Below, piece after piece: positions 23,045 through 33,857 of a stretch of DNA of 33,857 bases (the first letter of the stretch is position 1; every line of letters begins with the position of its first letter). The position numbers and the translations under genes are program-made. Origin of the DNA: Octopus sinensis. Taxonomy: Eukaryota. The notes under the pieces were generated by a model. That model searched no databases, was not told where the DNA came from, and saw only the letters and a program-made list of their open reading frames with translations. Location: assembly GCF_006345805.1 (NCBI RefSeq), contig NW_021831950.1:1-33857 (forward strand), given 5' to 3'.

Positions 23045-23438
23045 TCTTTTATTCTTTTACTTGTTTCAGTCATTTGACTGCGGCCATGCAGGAGCACCGC
23101 CTTTAGTCGAGCAAATCGACCCCAGGACTTATTCTTTGTAAGCCCAGTACTTATTCTATCGGTCTCTTTTGCCGAACCGCTAAGTAACGGGGACGTAAAC
23201 ACACCAGCATCGGTTGTCAAGCAATGCTAAGGGGACAAACACAGACACACAAACACACACACACACATATATATATATACGACAGGCTTCTTTCAGTTTC
23301 CGTCTACCAAATCCACTCACAAGGCATTGGTCGGCCCGGGGCTATAGCAGATGAAACTTGCCCAAGATGCCACGCAGTGGGACTGAACCCGAAACCATGT
23401 GGTTGTTTAGCAAGCTACTTACCACACAGCCACTCCTA
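23045..23438 (-). mobile_element. SINE family K, full length
   Basis: Closely matches 5700-6098. Confidence 0.92.
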
Positions 23439-23762
23439 TATTAAAATGTATTAGAAGACAGAGAGAGATAGGGGGGGAAGCACGAAGGCAACATAAGGAT
23501 TATAGAGAAATTGCTATGGGGAGTGGAGTATCCACCGTTTTAGACAAAGGAATGAAATACAACAGAAATCTGCCTAATCCGTTATGAAAAATGGCTGTTT
23601 TATTGTTGTAATGACTGTTTCCATTTCGCTGGGCCCACTGTGCGCATCATCCTTCTGATTATAGTATATGTTGGCCAAACATTAGCAAATTTTCCAGGCT
23701 TCTCTGAGGAGGAGAAAGTCATGTCATCCGGCTATGACAATAAATATTCAGTATCCATATTT

Positions 23763-23898
23763 TGTGTGTAACACTACGTCTTCAAATACCTTCATAGATA
23801 CATAGACAGAAACTTACATACATGCGTACATACATACATACATACATGCATACATACATACATACATACATACATACATACATACATGCACACACGCA

Positions 23899-23938
<40 letters not shown>

Positions 23939-24327
23939 GTCTAACGTTACATTTTCAATACATACATAGATACATAGACAGAAAACACATACATACAAAC
24001 ATACATACATACATGCACACACGTATGTGCATATATATATATATATATTATTATTATATATATATATATATATATTGTGGTAACATTACAATTTTCAAAT
24101 ACATACATAGATACATAGACAGAAACACCATACATGCCTACATACTACATACAACTACATACATACATACATACATACATACATACATACATACATACAT
24201 ACATACATACATGCATGCACACACGTATGTGTATATACATATATTTGTATACATAGATAGAAACGTGCATACATAAATACATACATACACGTTTTTATCT
24301 ATGTATCTACGTATGTATTTGAAAATG
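23763..24327. repeat. compound minisatellite of three units plus one inverted unit
   Basis: Recurring TTGTG..TAAC..TAC..TTCAAATAC...CATAGATACATAGACAGAAA followed by (CATA)n/(TA)n; inverted copy at 24293-24327. Confidence 0.8.
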
Positions 24328-24363
<36 letters not shown>

Positions 24364-24911
24364 ATATATAAAAGTGAGATTCTGTCCATCTGTCTCTTTG
24401 TCCTACAAAACATAATTGAGACACCATCTCATTTATAAGCGTGGGTGTTGTGTCCACTTTCACACTTTAACTATGGTGATGATAATGATGATGATAGTGT
24501 GACCAGAGCTAAAGTGCTAAAACTTTCAAAGACTCGACACTTTCCAATCCCTCTCTCTCCCTTACTCTCTTTCTCCTTCTCCCCCTCTCTCTATTTATCT
24601 TGCTGTCTTTCTATTTGACCGGAAATTGTCCTGTGGCGAGAATGTTCAGCGTTCAAAACAATGATAACCAACACATCATATACGTTTATTCATTTATTTA
24701 TTCTAGGATGATCCGTTCTGCACGATGAAACACAATCAATCAATCGCTCTCTCTCTCTCTCTAAAGACCGCTACAAATAAAAATTTTAAAATATTTCGGG
24801 GTCAATACGTCCAACAAAAAATTCTTCAAGGCTGTGCCCCAGCATGGCTATAATCTAATGTCTCAAAAAAAAAAAAAACGGTGAAAAAATGAAAAGATAA
24901 AAGAAAATTAT

Positions 24912-25133
24912 ATATTTCTTTACTGCTCACAAGGGGCTAAACATAGAGGGGACAAACAAGGACAGACACAGGGATTAAGTCGATTACATCGACCCCAGAG
25001 CGTAACTGGTACTTTATTTATCGACCCCGAAAGGATGAAAGGCAAAGTCGACCTCGGCGGAATTTGAACTCAGAACGTAATGACAGACGAAATACCGCTA
25101 GGCATTTCGTCCGGCGTACTAACAGTTCTGCCA
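24912..25133 (-). mobile_element. SINE family M
   Basis: Full tail-to-head match. Confidence 0.9.
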
Positions 25134-25354
25134 GAAAATTATAATGGCGCCGCTATTTTTTTATCTGTATGTCTCTTTCTTTCTCTCTCTCTCTATTGTA
25201 ACACACACACAACACACCACATCACACACACAACACACACACCACACACACACACACAACACACACACACACCACAGAGTCACATTGTATATTCATTCAT
25301 TCATGTTTCAGATAGACATATTTTTTCTAACATCTCCATTCAGATATTCTTTAA

Positions 25355-25561
25355 CTCTTTTACTCTTTTACTTGTTTCAGTCATTTGACTTCAGCCATGC
25401 TGGAGCACCGCCTTTAATCGAACAAATCGACCCCAGGACTTATTTTTTGTAAGCCTAGTACTTATTCTATCGGTCTCTTTGCCGAACCACTAAGTTATGG
25501 TGACGTAAACACACCAGGTTGTCAAGCAACGTTGGAGGGACAAACACAGACACACACACAG

Positions 25562-25620
<59 letters not shown>

Positions 25621-25794
25621 TTATATATATACACACGACGGGCTTCTTTCAGTTTTCGTCTACCAAATCCACTTACAAGGCCTTGGTCGGCCTGAGGCTA
25701 TAGTAGAAGACACACGGCCAAGGTGCCAAGCAGTGCGACTGAACCCGGAACCATGTAGTTGGTAAACAAGCTACTTACCACACTGCCACTCCTC
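25355..25794 (-). mobile_element. SINE family K
   Basis: Full-length match. Confidence 0.9.
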
Positions 25795-25796
25795 CT

Positions 25797-25926
25797 GCCC
25801 TTCATCCTTTCGGGGTCGATAAATTAAGTACCAGTTACGCACTGGGGTCGATGTAATTGACTTAATCAGTTTGTCTGTCTTTGTTTGTCCCCTCTGTATT
25901 TAGCCCCTTGTGGGTATTAAAGAAAT
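25797..25926 (+). mobile_element. SINE family M 3' half
   Basis: TTCATCCTTTCGGGGTCGATAAATTAAGTACC...TAAAGAAAT. Confidence 0.9.
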
Positions 25927-26167
25927 ATATACTATAAACAGAAGTATGATGTGTATAGTAGACCCAGTTCAATGAGTGTTGTCAGTGGTTTTGCTGAAAT
26001 TCCGACGCTATATTATAGGAATACAGGGCAAGGCGTTGTGTGGTTGTCTTTTTCTTGGTGTGTCGATGATTTTCGTTTCGCTGTGAGGCTTCACTGTCAC
26101 ATTGTCTTTGCTTATGGGGGAAAAAAATGTATATTTATATACAAATTTGTAAATTTGTATATTTATA

Positions 26168-26469
26168 TAGGAGTGGCTGTGTGGTAAGTAGCTTGCTAAC
26201 CAACCACATGTAGTGTTTGTCCAGGATAGGACTACACATCCACAGCAGGAAATGTATCAGGACATGAAATATAAAAGCCGGACTAGACTACTTCATGCGC
26301 AACTCTATTGTCTCCCGAGACAGAAAGGATGCCAACAACCAACCACATGGTCCCGGGTTCAGTCCCACTGCGTGGCATCTTGGGCAAGTGTCTTCTGCTA
26401 TAGCCCCGGGCCGACCAATGCCTTGTGAGTGGATTTGGTAAACGAATACTGAAAGAAGCCCGTCGTGTG

Positions 26470-26502
<33 letters not shown>

Positions 26503-26700
26503 CTGCTGTGTTTGTCCCTCTAGCATTGCTTGACAACCGATGCTGGTGTGTTTACGTCCCCGTTACTTAGCGGTTCGGCAAAAGATACCGATAGTACTGG
26601 GCTTACAAAGAATAAGTCCCGGGGCCGATTTGCTCGACTAAAGGTGGTGCTCCAGCATGGCCGCAGTCAAAATGACTGAAACAAGTAAAAGAGTAAGAGT
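26168..26700 (+). mobile_element. SINE family K interrupted by an RTE stub
   Basis: Head at 26168-26210 resumes at 26337. Confidence 0.9.
26211..26336 (+). mobile_element. 5'-truncated RTE-clade LINE 3' end
   Basis: Encodes CLSRIGLHIHSRKC (RTE C-terminal zinc-finger-like motif), ends GTCTCCCGAGACAGAAAGGATGCCAAC; 13-bp TSD AACCAACCACATG (26198-26210, 26337-26349). Confidence 0.85.
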
Positions 26701-26703
26701 AAT

Positions 26704-26860
26704 ATATATTTCTTTAGTCCCCACAAGGGGCTAAACATAGAGGGTCACACAAGGACAGTTAAAGGGATTAAGTCGGAATTTGAACCCAGAACGTAACGGC
26801 AGACGAAATACGGCTACGCATTTCATCCAGCATGCTAACGTTTCTGCCAGCTCGCCGCCT
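26704..26860 (-). mobile_element. SINE family M lacking its central part
   Basis: Tail joins head at GATTAAGTCG|GAATTTGAAC. Confidence 0.85.
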
Positions 26861-26972
26861 CCCTCTGTTTATAGTATATGTTGGCGAAACATTAGCTAAA
26901 TTTCCATATATATAGGTTATATATATATATGAATATTTAATATATGTATATATGTATATGTATATTTAATAT

Positions 26973-26987
<15 letters not shown>

Positions 26988-27008
<21 letters not shown>

Positions 27009-27026
27009 CGTGTGTTTGTGTGTGTT

Positions 27027-27110
<84 letters not shown>

Positions 27111-27115
27111 GATCG

Positions 27116-27186
<71 letters not shown>
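26988..27186. repeat. (TG)n then (TATC)n microsatellite
   Basis: Direct inspection. Confidence 0.95.
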
Positions 27187-27864
27187 GATGGCGTAATAGG
27201 TCGTCATGAAGATTTAATCAAAGTGATGCGAATATAAAAAGAAACACGGTTTGAAATTACGAATAAAAATCCTCTTCTAACTAAACGTTCTTGATAAATT
27301 TCACTACATTAAATTTGGCAACTCTTCTACTTAGGTTATCAGTCAGATTGCTTGAGTAATTATAATTTCTACTCTCTGTCACTCATTCTATATAACGACA
27401 ACTAATTACATTAACATTAATGAGCGTGCTAATGAGCCTCAGAAGGGAAGTCTTCACACTATGTTGTTATTTATTTTAATATTATGGATATTTTCATTAT
27501 ACATAAACGTGAAATAATTAATAATATCCTGTTCGAAGACGTGTTATCGTCCTTAAGTTGATTGACTTGATACGATATATCAGAGATATCTATTTTCTCG
27601 ATAACCGATGATATAAAAGATAATGTTTACTCATTTCACTTGTTGTTTTTGTTGTTTTATCTCAATTCTGTCAGCATATTGATAATCAAAAGCGTTCCAG
27701 TCATGACCATGTCGTTTCCTTTTCTCAGACTGCTGTTCTGAGATCGAATGTAGTGAGACCAATTATTTAGGACGGCGAGATGCGATTTTAGCGTGAGATA
27801 ACTGGCGTTACTAACTGACCCCACGATCCCGACGATGTTCCTTTCGGCTTACTTGGACTTTATG

Positions 27865-28100
27865 GAGGCGCATGGTTTAGTGGTTAGGGTGTCAGCATCA
27901 TGATCGTAAGATTGTGGTTTCGATTCCTGGACCGGGCGATGCGTTGTGTTCTTGAGCAAAACACTTCATTTCACGTTGCTCCAGTCCACTCAGTTGGCAA
28001 AAATGAGTAACGTTACGATGGACTGTCATCCCTGGCCATTGAAACCGGGAAACCGTGCCCATGAGTCTGGCTAGACTTTAAAAGGGCGTATTTATTTATT
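27865..28100 (+). mobile_element. tRNA-derived SINE (family R2) with TSD
   Basis: GGAGGCGCATGGTTTAGTGGTTAGG...GGTTTCGATTCC, (ATTT)n tail, flanks TTACTTGGACTTTA / TTACTTGGATTTTA. Confidence 0.9.
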
Positions 28101-28139
28101 TTACTTGGATTTTAGAAATACAGAATTCTAATCTTGTTA

Positions 28140-28337
28140 CATGGCCAGTAATTTTGAGGGGAGGGGAAAGTCGATTATATCGATCCCGGTGCTCCACAGA
28201 TTCCTATTTTATGGATCTCGAAAGGATGAAAGACAAATTTGACCTAGGTAGAATTTGAACTGAGAATGTAAAGAACCCGAAGAAATGATACTAAGCATTT
28301 TATCCAAGCGATAACGATTCTGCTAGTTCACTGCCTT
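28140..28337 (-). mobile_element. SINE family M (degenerate)
   Basis: GAAAGGATGAAAGACAAATTTGACC...GAATTTGAAC. Confidence 0.8.
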
Positions 28338-28384
28338 AAAAATACAGATATATTATACCCCATAATAAATACTCCATTCATTCT

Positions 28385-28992
28385 TGTTTTTCCTTTTCAT
28401 CCTTTTCAAGCCTAGCCAAGCTCATGGGCCCGGTTTGCCTGTTTCTATGGCGTATATGTCCCCCGCCCCAGCAGGACGGGACGCCAGTCCATCGCAGCGT
28501 TACTTAAGAAACAGGAAGAAAGAGTGAGAGAAAGTTGGGGCGAAAGAGTACAACAGGGGTCGCCACCAGCCCCTGCCGGAGCATAGTGGAGCTTTAGGTG
28601 TTTTCGCTCAATAAACACACACAACGCCCGGTCTGGGAATCGAAACCACGATCCTCCGACAGCGAGTCCGCTGCCCTAACCACTGGGCCATTGCGCCTCC
28701 ACTGCGCCTCCACTGCGCCTCCACTGCGCCTCCACTGCGCCTCCACTGCGCCCTCTTAAAGCCTAGCCAGGCCCATGGGCACGGTTTCCCGGTTTCAATG
28801 GCGTATGTGTTCCCCAGCTGGACGGGACACCAGTCCATTGTAGCGTTACTCATTTTTGCCAGTTGAGTGGACTGAAGCAACGTGAAATGAAGTGTTTTGC
28901 TCAAGAACACAACGCGTCGCCCGGTCCAGGAATCGAAACCACAATCTTACGATCATGATGCTGACACCCTAGCCACTAAGCCACGCGTCTCC
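28385..28992 (-). mobile_element. dimeric SINE insertion: family R (28385-28702) plus family R2 (28752-28992)
   Basis: Two tRNA heads; TGCGATGGACTGGCGTCCCGTCC (V-domain-like as recalled); single 14-bp TSD ACTCCATTCATTCT (28371-28384, 28993-29006); (TGCGCCTCCAC)x5 at the junction. Confidence 0.9.
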
Positions 28993-29692
28993 ACTCCATT
29001 CATTCTACCGAAGCTTAAAACTTGTTATTCCGATTACTTTGGCATTCATTTTTTTATTTTATCGCTTTAATACAACGAATATTTTAATTTGAATGGATCA
29101 TTTCGTTTTAAGTCAGACAATCCTTTAATTTTAAGTGAAAATTAAGACTTCTCATGTCCTTTTTAATTCCACAATATTGTTGCGGTTAAATGTATAACAA
29201 AATGAAGGAGGAAGCTCCAATAGGATTTGGTAATCTGCAGGTCTGGCAAACATTATATCTAAACGAATAAATTAATACATTTTCTTTGACTGACACGAAG
29301 AGGGCATAATGCCTTGAATTTTTTCACTTTTAATTCTGAATCCGATTAACGTATTTCAAATGAAAGCTGAGTACCATTTCTTGGTTGTTAATTTTTACAA
29401 TTTGTTTCTACTAAAATCGGATCAAACTATTTCGGTATTAATCGTCACCATTGCTTTAGTGTTTTTAAAAGAAAACATTTTTCCGGGATCAGCACCACCA
29501 CCTGACCCTTTCTGCTTTTAGCAGGATTTGCTCTGTTACAACAATTTTAATCAATTTTTTTGCGTCTGGAAATAAAGCACGAGTGGTAATTCCTTCCTGT
29601 CTTTTGTCCATCAGTCATAGGAATCCTTATAAAATGGCGATAAGCGTTGTCCTCCTTCCTCTATAGAAATTGGCAAAAATTATGTTGACATG

Positions 29693-29850
29693 TCAGGGTA
29701 GTGGTTAAGGAGCTTGCTTCCAAACTATCTAGCCTCGAGTTCAGTACTACTGGGCAGCGTCTTGGATAAGTGTCTTCTGGTTTAACTCTGGGACGACAAA
29801 TGCCTTGTGAGTGAATTTGGTTCACAGAATCTGCGTAGTATCCCATCGTG
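29693..29850 (+). mobile_element. SINE family K 5' half (degenerate)
   Basis: GTAGTGGTTAAGGAGCTTGCTTCC...GCCTTGTGAGTGAATTTGG. Confidence 0.7.
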
Positions 29851-29936
29851 CATGTATGTATACACAAATAATATATTCGACCGCTAGCCACTAAACTCTT
29901 TTTTATAATTCTCTCTCTATTAATTTTCTCGTGTTC

Positions 29937-29972
29937 CTTTCTGTTGATGAGCATAGGCTCGAAACGTAAAAG
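29937..29972 (+). ncRNA. minimal hammerhead-like motif in a pLTR-like repeat
   Basis: CTTT-CTGTTGAT-GAGC(ATAG)GCTC-GAAA-CGT-A-AAAG. Confidence 0.55.
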
Positions 29973-30025
29973 ATTATCTCACTTTCCCGAGCGTTAAACT
30001 AATACTCCTGTTTGTTGTTTACACA

Positions 30026-30383
30026 CCTATTTCTTTATTACCCACAAAGGGCTAAACATAGAGGGGACAAACAAGGACAGCCATAGGTACTAAGTCGATT
30101 ATATCGACCCCAGTGTGTAACTGGTACTTATTTAATCGATAAATTAAGTACCAGTTACGCACTGGGGTCGATGTAATCGACTTAATACCTATGTCTGTCC
30201 TTTTTTGTCCCCTTTGTGTTTAGCCCCTTGTGGGTAATAAAGAAATAGGTACGTATTTAATCGACCCCGAAAGGATGAAATCAAAGTCGACCTCGGCGGA
30301 ATTTGAACTCAGAACGTAGCGGCAGACGAACTACCGCTTAGCATTTCGCCCGGCGTGCGAACGTTTCTGCCAGCTCGCCGCCT
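30026..30383 (-). mobile_element. SINE family M with internal inverted duplication of its 3' half
   Basis: 30026-30135 is mirrored by 30139-30250; the element resumes at TATTTAATCGACCCCG. Confidence 0.9.
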
Positions 30384-30467
30384 TCGTCTTCTGTTTTTCG
30401 TAACTTCCAACTAGACACACACACACACGCACACAAACATACCTTATAATATATATAATATAATAAC

Positions 30468-30504
<37 letters not shown>

Positions 30505-31213
30505 ATATATATATATATTAATATATATATAGATTATATATATACTAACTACTATATTATGTATACATGTATATACATATAAAACTTCGCAAACATATTT
30601 ACTAAGAATAAAATATAAAATATGCAATGTATATACAAAGAGACAAACGTTAAATATACCAACAGAAGGTCCGCCCTTCGGACAGTTTACTGCTGGCTGT
30701 TCAATGATATTTACATTTATTTACCAATTTCTGTAAATTTTCTGAAATCTAACTTCTTATTTTCCTTTGAATCCTTTATTTGTTTAATAGAACTCATTCG
30801 CTCAGTAAGTTTAGGGCATACTACAGAAATGTACCGCCACCGAATTTGCTTGTAAATATTTGGACAACCTTTATATTTTCTGAAATATAAATCGGCTTTA
30901 AACTACGCCATAATTTGAAATGTCGCATTGAATATATATATAATAGTGGTCTATAGTTGAAATATTCATTAATATATGAAGCTTCAAAAGCGTATTTTGA
31001 TCAAATAATATATTAAAACTGGAATGTTTCCCAGACAGTCTAGCCTATAATAATTGTTTTCTTTTAGTGATAAGTTACATAATTCCAAATATATAATATA
31101 TAGCTTTCTGCATTATAGTATAGGTATACATGTATATCTATACACACATGTATTTGTATGTATGTATGTATTTATACACACACAATAACACACTCAACAT
31201 ATCCACACACCAC

Positions 31214-31247
<34 letters not shown>

Positions 31248-31254
31248 CATATAT

Positions 31255-31289
<35 letters not shown>

Positions 31290-31454
31290 CTATATATATA
31301 TATATAAATTTATTAACACATAAGCTTCTGCGAAGTTTGTGCAGACGATGTCACAATTGAAGAAAATTGGGACGCGGTCATGCAGTAGGATCGAACTTGT
31401 AACAATACGACTGCATAACAAACATTTCAACCTTATGGTTCTACACATGGCGTT

Positions 31455-31717
31455 GCAGGGTCCAAGGCCTTCAGTTTTGAGGGGAGGGGGTAAAGTCCCA
31501 GTACTTGAGTGGTACTTTATCGTATCGATTCTAAATAATAAAATAGGAGAGTCGACCTTGGAGGGAATTGGACTCAGGACGTAAACAGCCGGAGGCATTG
31601 CCGCTAAGAATTTTATCCAAAGAGTTAAATATATATTTAACTCTTTGGACAATATTCTTGGCGGCAATGCCTCCGGATGTTTACGTCCTGAATCCAATTC
31701 CCTCCAAAGTCGACTCT
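31455..31717. repeat. degenerate SINE M whose head forms a 170-bp spacerless palindrome (31548-31717)
   Basis: AGAGTCGAC...TTAAATATATATTTAA...GTCGACTCT. Confidence 0.9.
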
Positions 31718-31794
31718 GCCATAAAGAATTTGAAAATTTTTATTACCAGTGGCCTAGCGTATAGAAGAATTAGTCAATGGACTATATATTATTC

Positions 31795-32024
31795 ATATAA
31801 AACAAAGTGTACATTAAAACACATTAAGAGGCTTCCATCATAGGAATACTTTTCGCTAGAAAGAACAGTTAAAGTCCAAACCACTTATTCGGGATAAATT
31901 CTCGAAGGGAAACCGTGGTCCAGGAATTACATGGTAAATGTTTTTATTTTTCATTCCCTTCGAGAATTTATCCCTAATTAGTGGTTTGGACTTAACTGTC
32001 TTAATGTGTTTTAATGTACACTGT

Positions 32025-32032
<8 letters not shown>
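31795..32032. repeat. inverted repeat (31795-31910 vs 31955-32032)
   Basis: GTGTACATTAAAACACATTAAGA and ACAGTTAAAGTCCAAACCACT...GGGATAAATTCTCGAAGGGA are mirrored. Confidence 0.9.
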
Positions 32033-32091
<59 letters not shown>

Positions 32092-32280
32092 AGTAATGTC
32101 GTCAAAATATAAACTTAAACTATGTAAAACTTAAAGACAGCTTGCTGTGAAAGAAAAGCCTGACAGGCATGTAGTACAGGCAAAGAAGAAAAGTAGATAT
32201 TCGGCTGGTTTTTTGACATGCATGTAAGATTAAATGTACATATCTACGTAGGTATATATGTATTTATGTATGTATCTGTG

Positions 32281-32845
32281 TCATTATTCAGTTTATTTCA
32301 AGATTTCTTGCCAATAGAAAAAGAACCGGTTTCCAACCTAGTTCCAAGGCCCCTTCTTAATAATTTCAACATCAACAACAGAGTATTTTGTATGTATGTA
32401 TGTACGCATGTGCAGATTTGTATGTTTTTATGTATGTATTGTCATTCATATAGTGGCATATGAAGATATGCTCATATAGATTTAAATGATAAACTTCTGG
32501 AAAATTTTACAGATTTTTACAGTTTCAGTGCTGGATTGGATCTGTAGTCTTCGAATTAGCTTTCTCCTTTCTGGTTTTGAGAAGCCTAATTTCGCAAGAT
32601 GGGTATTTAGGCAGTATGATACATATCCCAGGGGCCCAATAATTACAGGTATAAACCTGAACTTGTAATCTGGATAGAGTAACTGCAGATTTCTCAATAG
32701 TTCAGCATAGGTGTTCTCTTTTTCACTGATCTTCAGCTTTATGTTAACACCCTCTAGGCAGCCAATTTCCACTACTGTACACAGTGTCTCTTCTGCATCC
32801 CAAATCATTATATCAGGTCTGTTGTGCTTCCATTTTCTTGGGGTC
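32281..32845 (-). mobile_element. R4/Dong-like non-LTR retrotransposon 3' end with restriction-like endonuclease C-terminus (coding 32482-32845)
   Basis: KHNRPDIMIWD...TVVEIGC...NIKLKISEKENTYAEL...FIPVIIGPLG is the PD-(D/E)xK RLE signature. Confidence 0.88.
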
Positions 32846-33232
32846 TATGTATGTGTGTGTGCATGCATGCATGTATGTATGTGTGTATGTGGGTATGTAT
32901 GTGTGTGTATGTATGTACGTATGTGTGTATGTATGTTTGTATGTGGGTATGTATATGTGCATGTATGTATATAATGTATGTATGTATGTTTGTATGTATG
33001 TTTGTATGTGTGTATATATGTATCTGCGTATGTATGTATGTATGTGTGTATATATAATATATATATGTATGTGTGAATGTGTGTATGTATGTGTGTATGA
33101 ATGTATGTATGTATGCATGCATGTATGTATGAATGTATGTATGTATTATGAATGTATGTATGTATATATGCATGTATGTTTGAATGTATGTATGTGTTTA
33201 TGTATGTATGCATGTATGTATGTATGTGTGTA
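32846..33232. repeat. (TATG)n compound microsatellite
   Basis: Direct inspection. Confidence 0.95.
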
Positions 33233-33418
33233 TCTCTGTTTCTCTTCTGTTTTTAATAATTTAAATTCATTTTCTGGAGACAGCTGGTTTCTAGCTATGT
33301 TGCATCGTTGGAATGAAGATAACGAAAAACAATGTCCGATATTAAACCTTCGAAAAGTCTCGCATAGCTTTACTGTTCCGCTGACACATTGTATTTGTAA
33401 TGTTCGAGTTAGTTGATG
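33233..33418 (-). mobile_element. second R4-like 3' end (different family)
   Basis: LTRTLQIQCVSGTVKLCETFRRF aligns with LIRRLQIQSSTETVKICKIFQKF at the end of the 32482 ORF. Confidence 0.65.
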
Positions 33419-33857
33419 TCTATAAGTATGTATATACCACACACATACACACACACACACGCACGCACACACAACTGCACTCACACTCTCATACACACAC
33501 ATACACACACACATATATGTACGTATGTGGATCCGCATGAGTGTTTCTATGTGCGTATTATATATGTAAATATATTTCTTTTATCTTTTAAATGTTTCAG
33601 TCATTAGACAGTGGCCTTACTGGAGCACTACTGTGTAGAATTATCATTCGGTCCGAGAATTTATTCTCTCGACCTCCTTTGATTATATATATATATATAA
33701 TATACAAGCACGCACAAAAAGACAGAGAGAAAGATACAGAAAATGTAATTACAAAAATAGATTATAGGTTATATGTGGTAAAAAGGCAAATGTATAGTAA
33801 TTATATTTATTACAGCCGCCATACATATGTACATACATACATATATAAATTTATATA

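Noticed and set aside
24355-24420. Helitron-like 5' end TCTATATATATAAAAG
   Set aside because: No matching 3' hairpin or CTAG end found.
27865-27935. tRNA gene
   Set aside because: tRNA-like SINE head followed by body, tail and TSD, with no complete cloverleaf.
28692-28752. 11-bp repeats (and 22889-22963) as CRISPR-like arrays
   Set aside because: No unique spacers, eukaryotic context, and explained by retroelement junction slippage.
29503-29582. Acceptor CTGACCCTTTCTGCTTTTAGCAG as the next exon after 22061
   Set aside because: The compatible frame stops after 8 codons and does not continue the ubiquitin-like pattern.
30700-31055. Second GIY-YIG relic on the minus strand
   Set aside because: Only faint IG*T and GGGTFL fragments; not supportable.

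Overview
AT-rich eukaryotic, repeat-dominated DNA. The SINE families and dense (TA)/(CA)/(TATC)/(TATG)/(ATT) microsatellites resemble an octopus (coleoid cephalopod) genome, which is an inference from memory and not a database hit. Almost all listed ORFs are microsatellite or SINE artefacts. Supportable content: four mariner relics (one full-length with 37-bp TIRs, two internally deleted, one cut by the window edge); about 30 tRNA-derived SINE copies in three main families; a 3' stub of an RTE LINE with a 13-bp TSD; R4/Dong-like RLE retrotransposon 3' ends embedded in (TATG)n; a Penelope-like GIY-YIG relic and pseudo-LTR-like repeats; several fold-back structures; and one or two candidate host exons, the best being ubiquitin-like on the + strand. 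The most system-like signal is a recurring set of hammerhead-ribozyme-like motifs, including a variant core and a permuted (type II-like) order. No new biological system can be claimed securely from the sequence alone. Many repeat boundaries are approximate.
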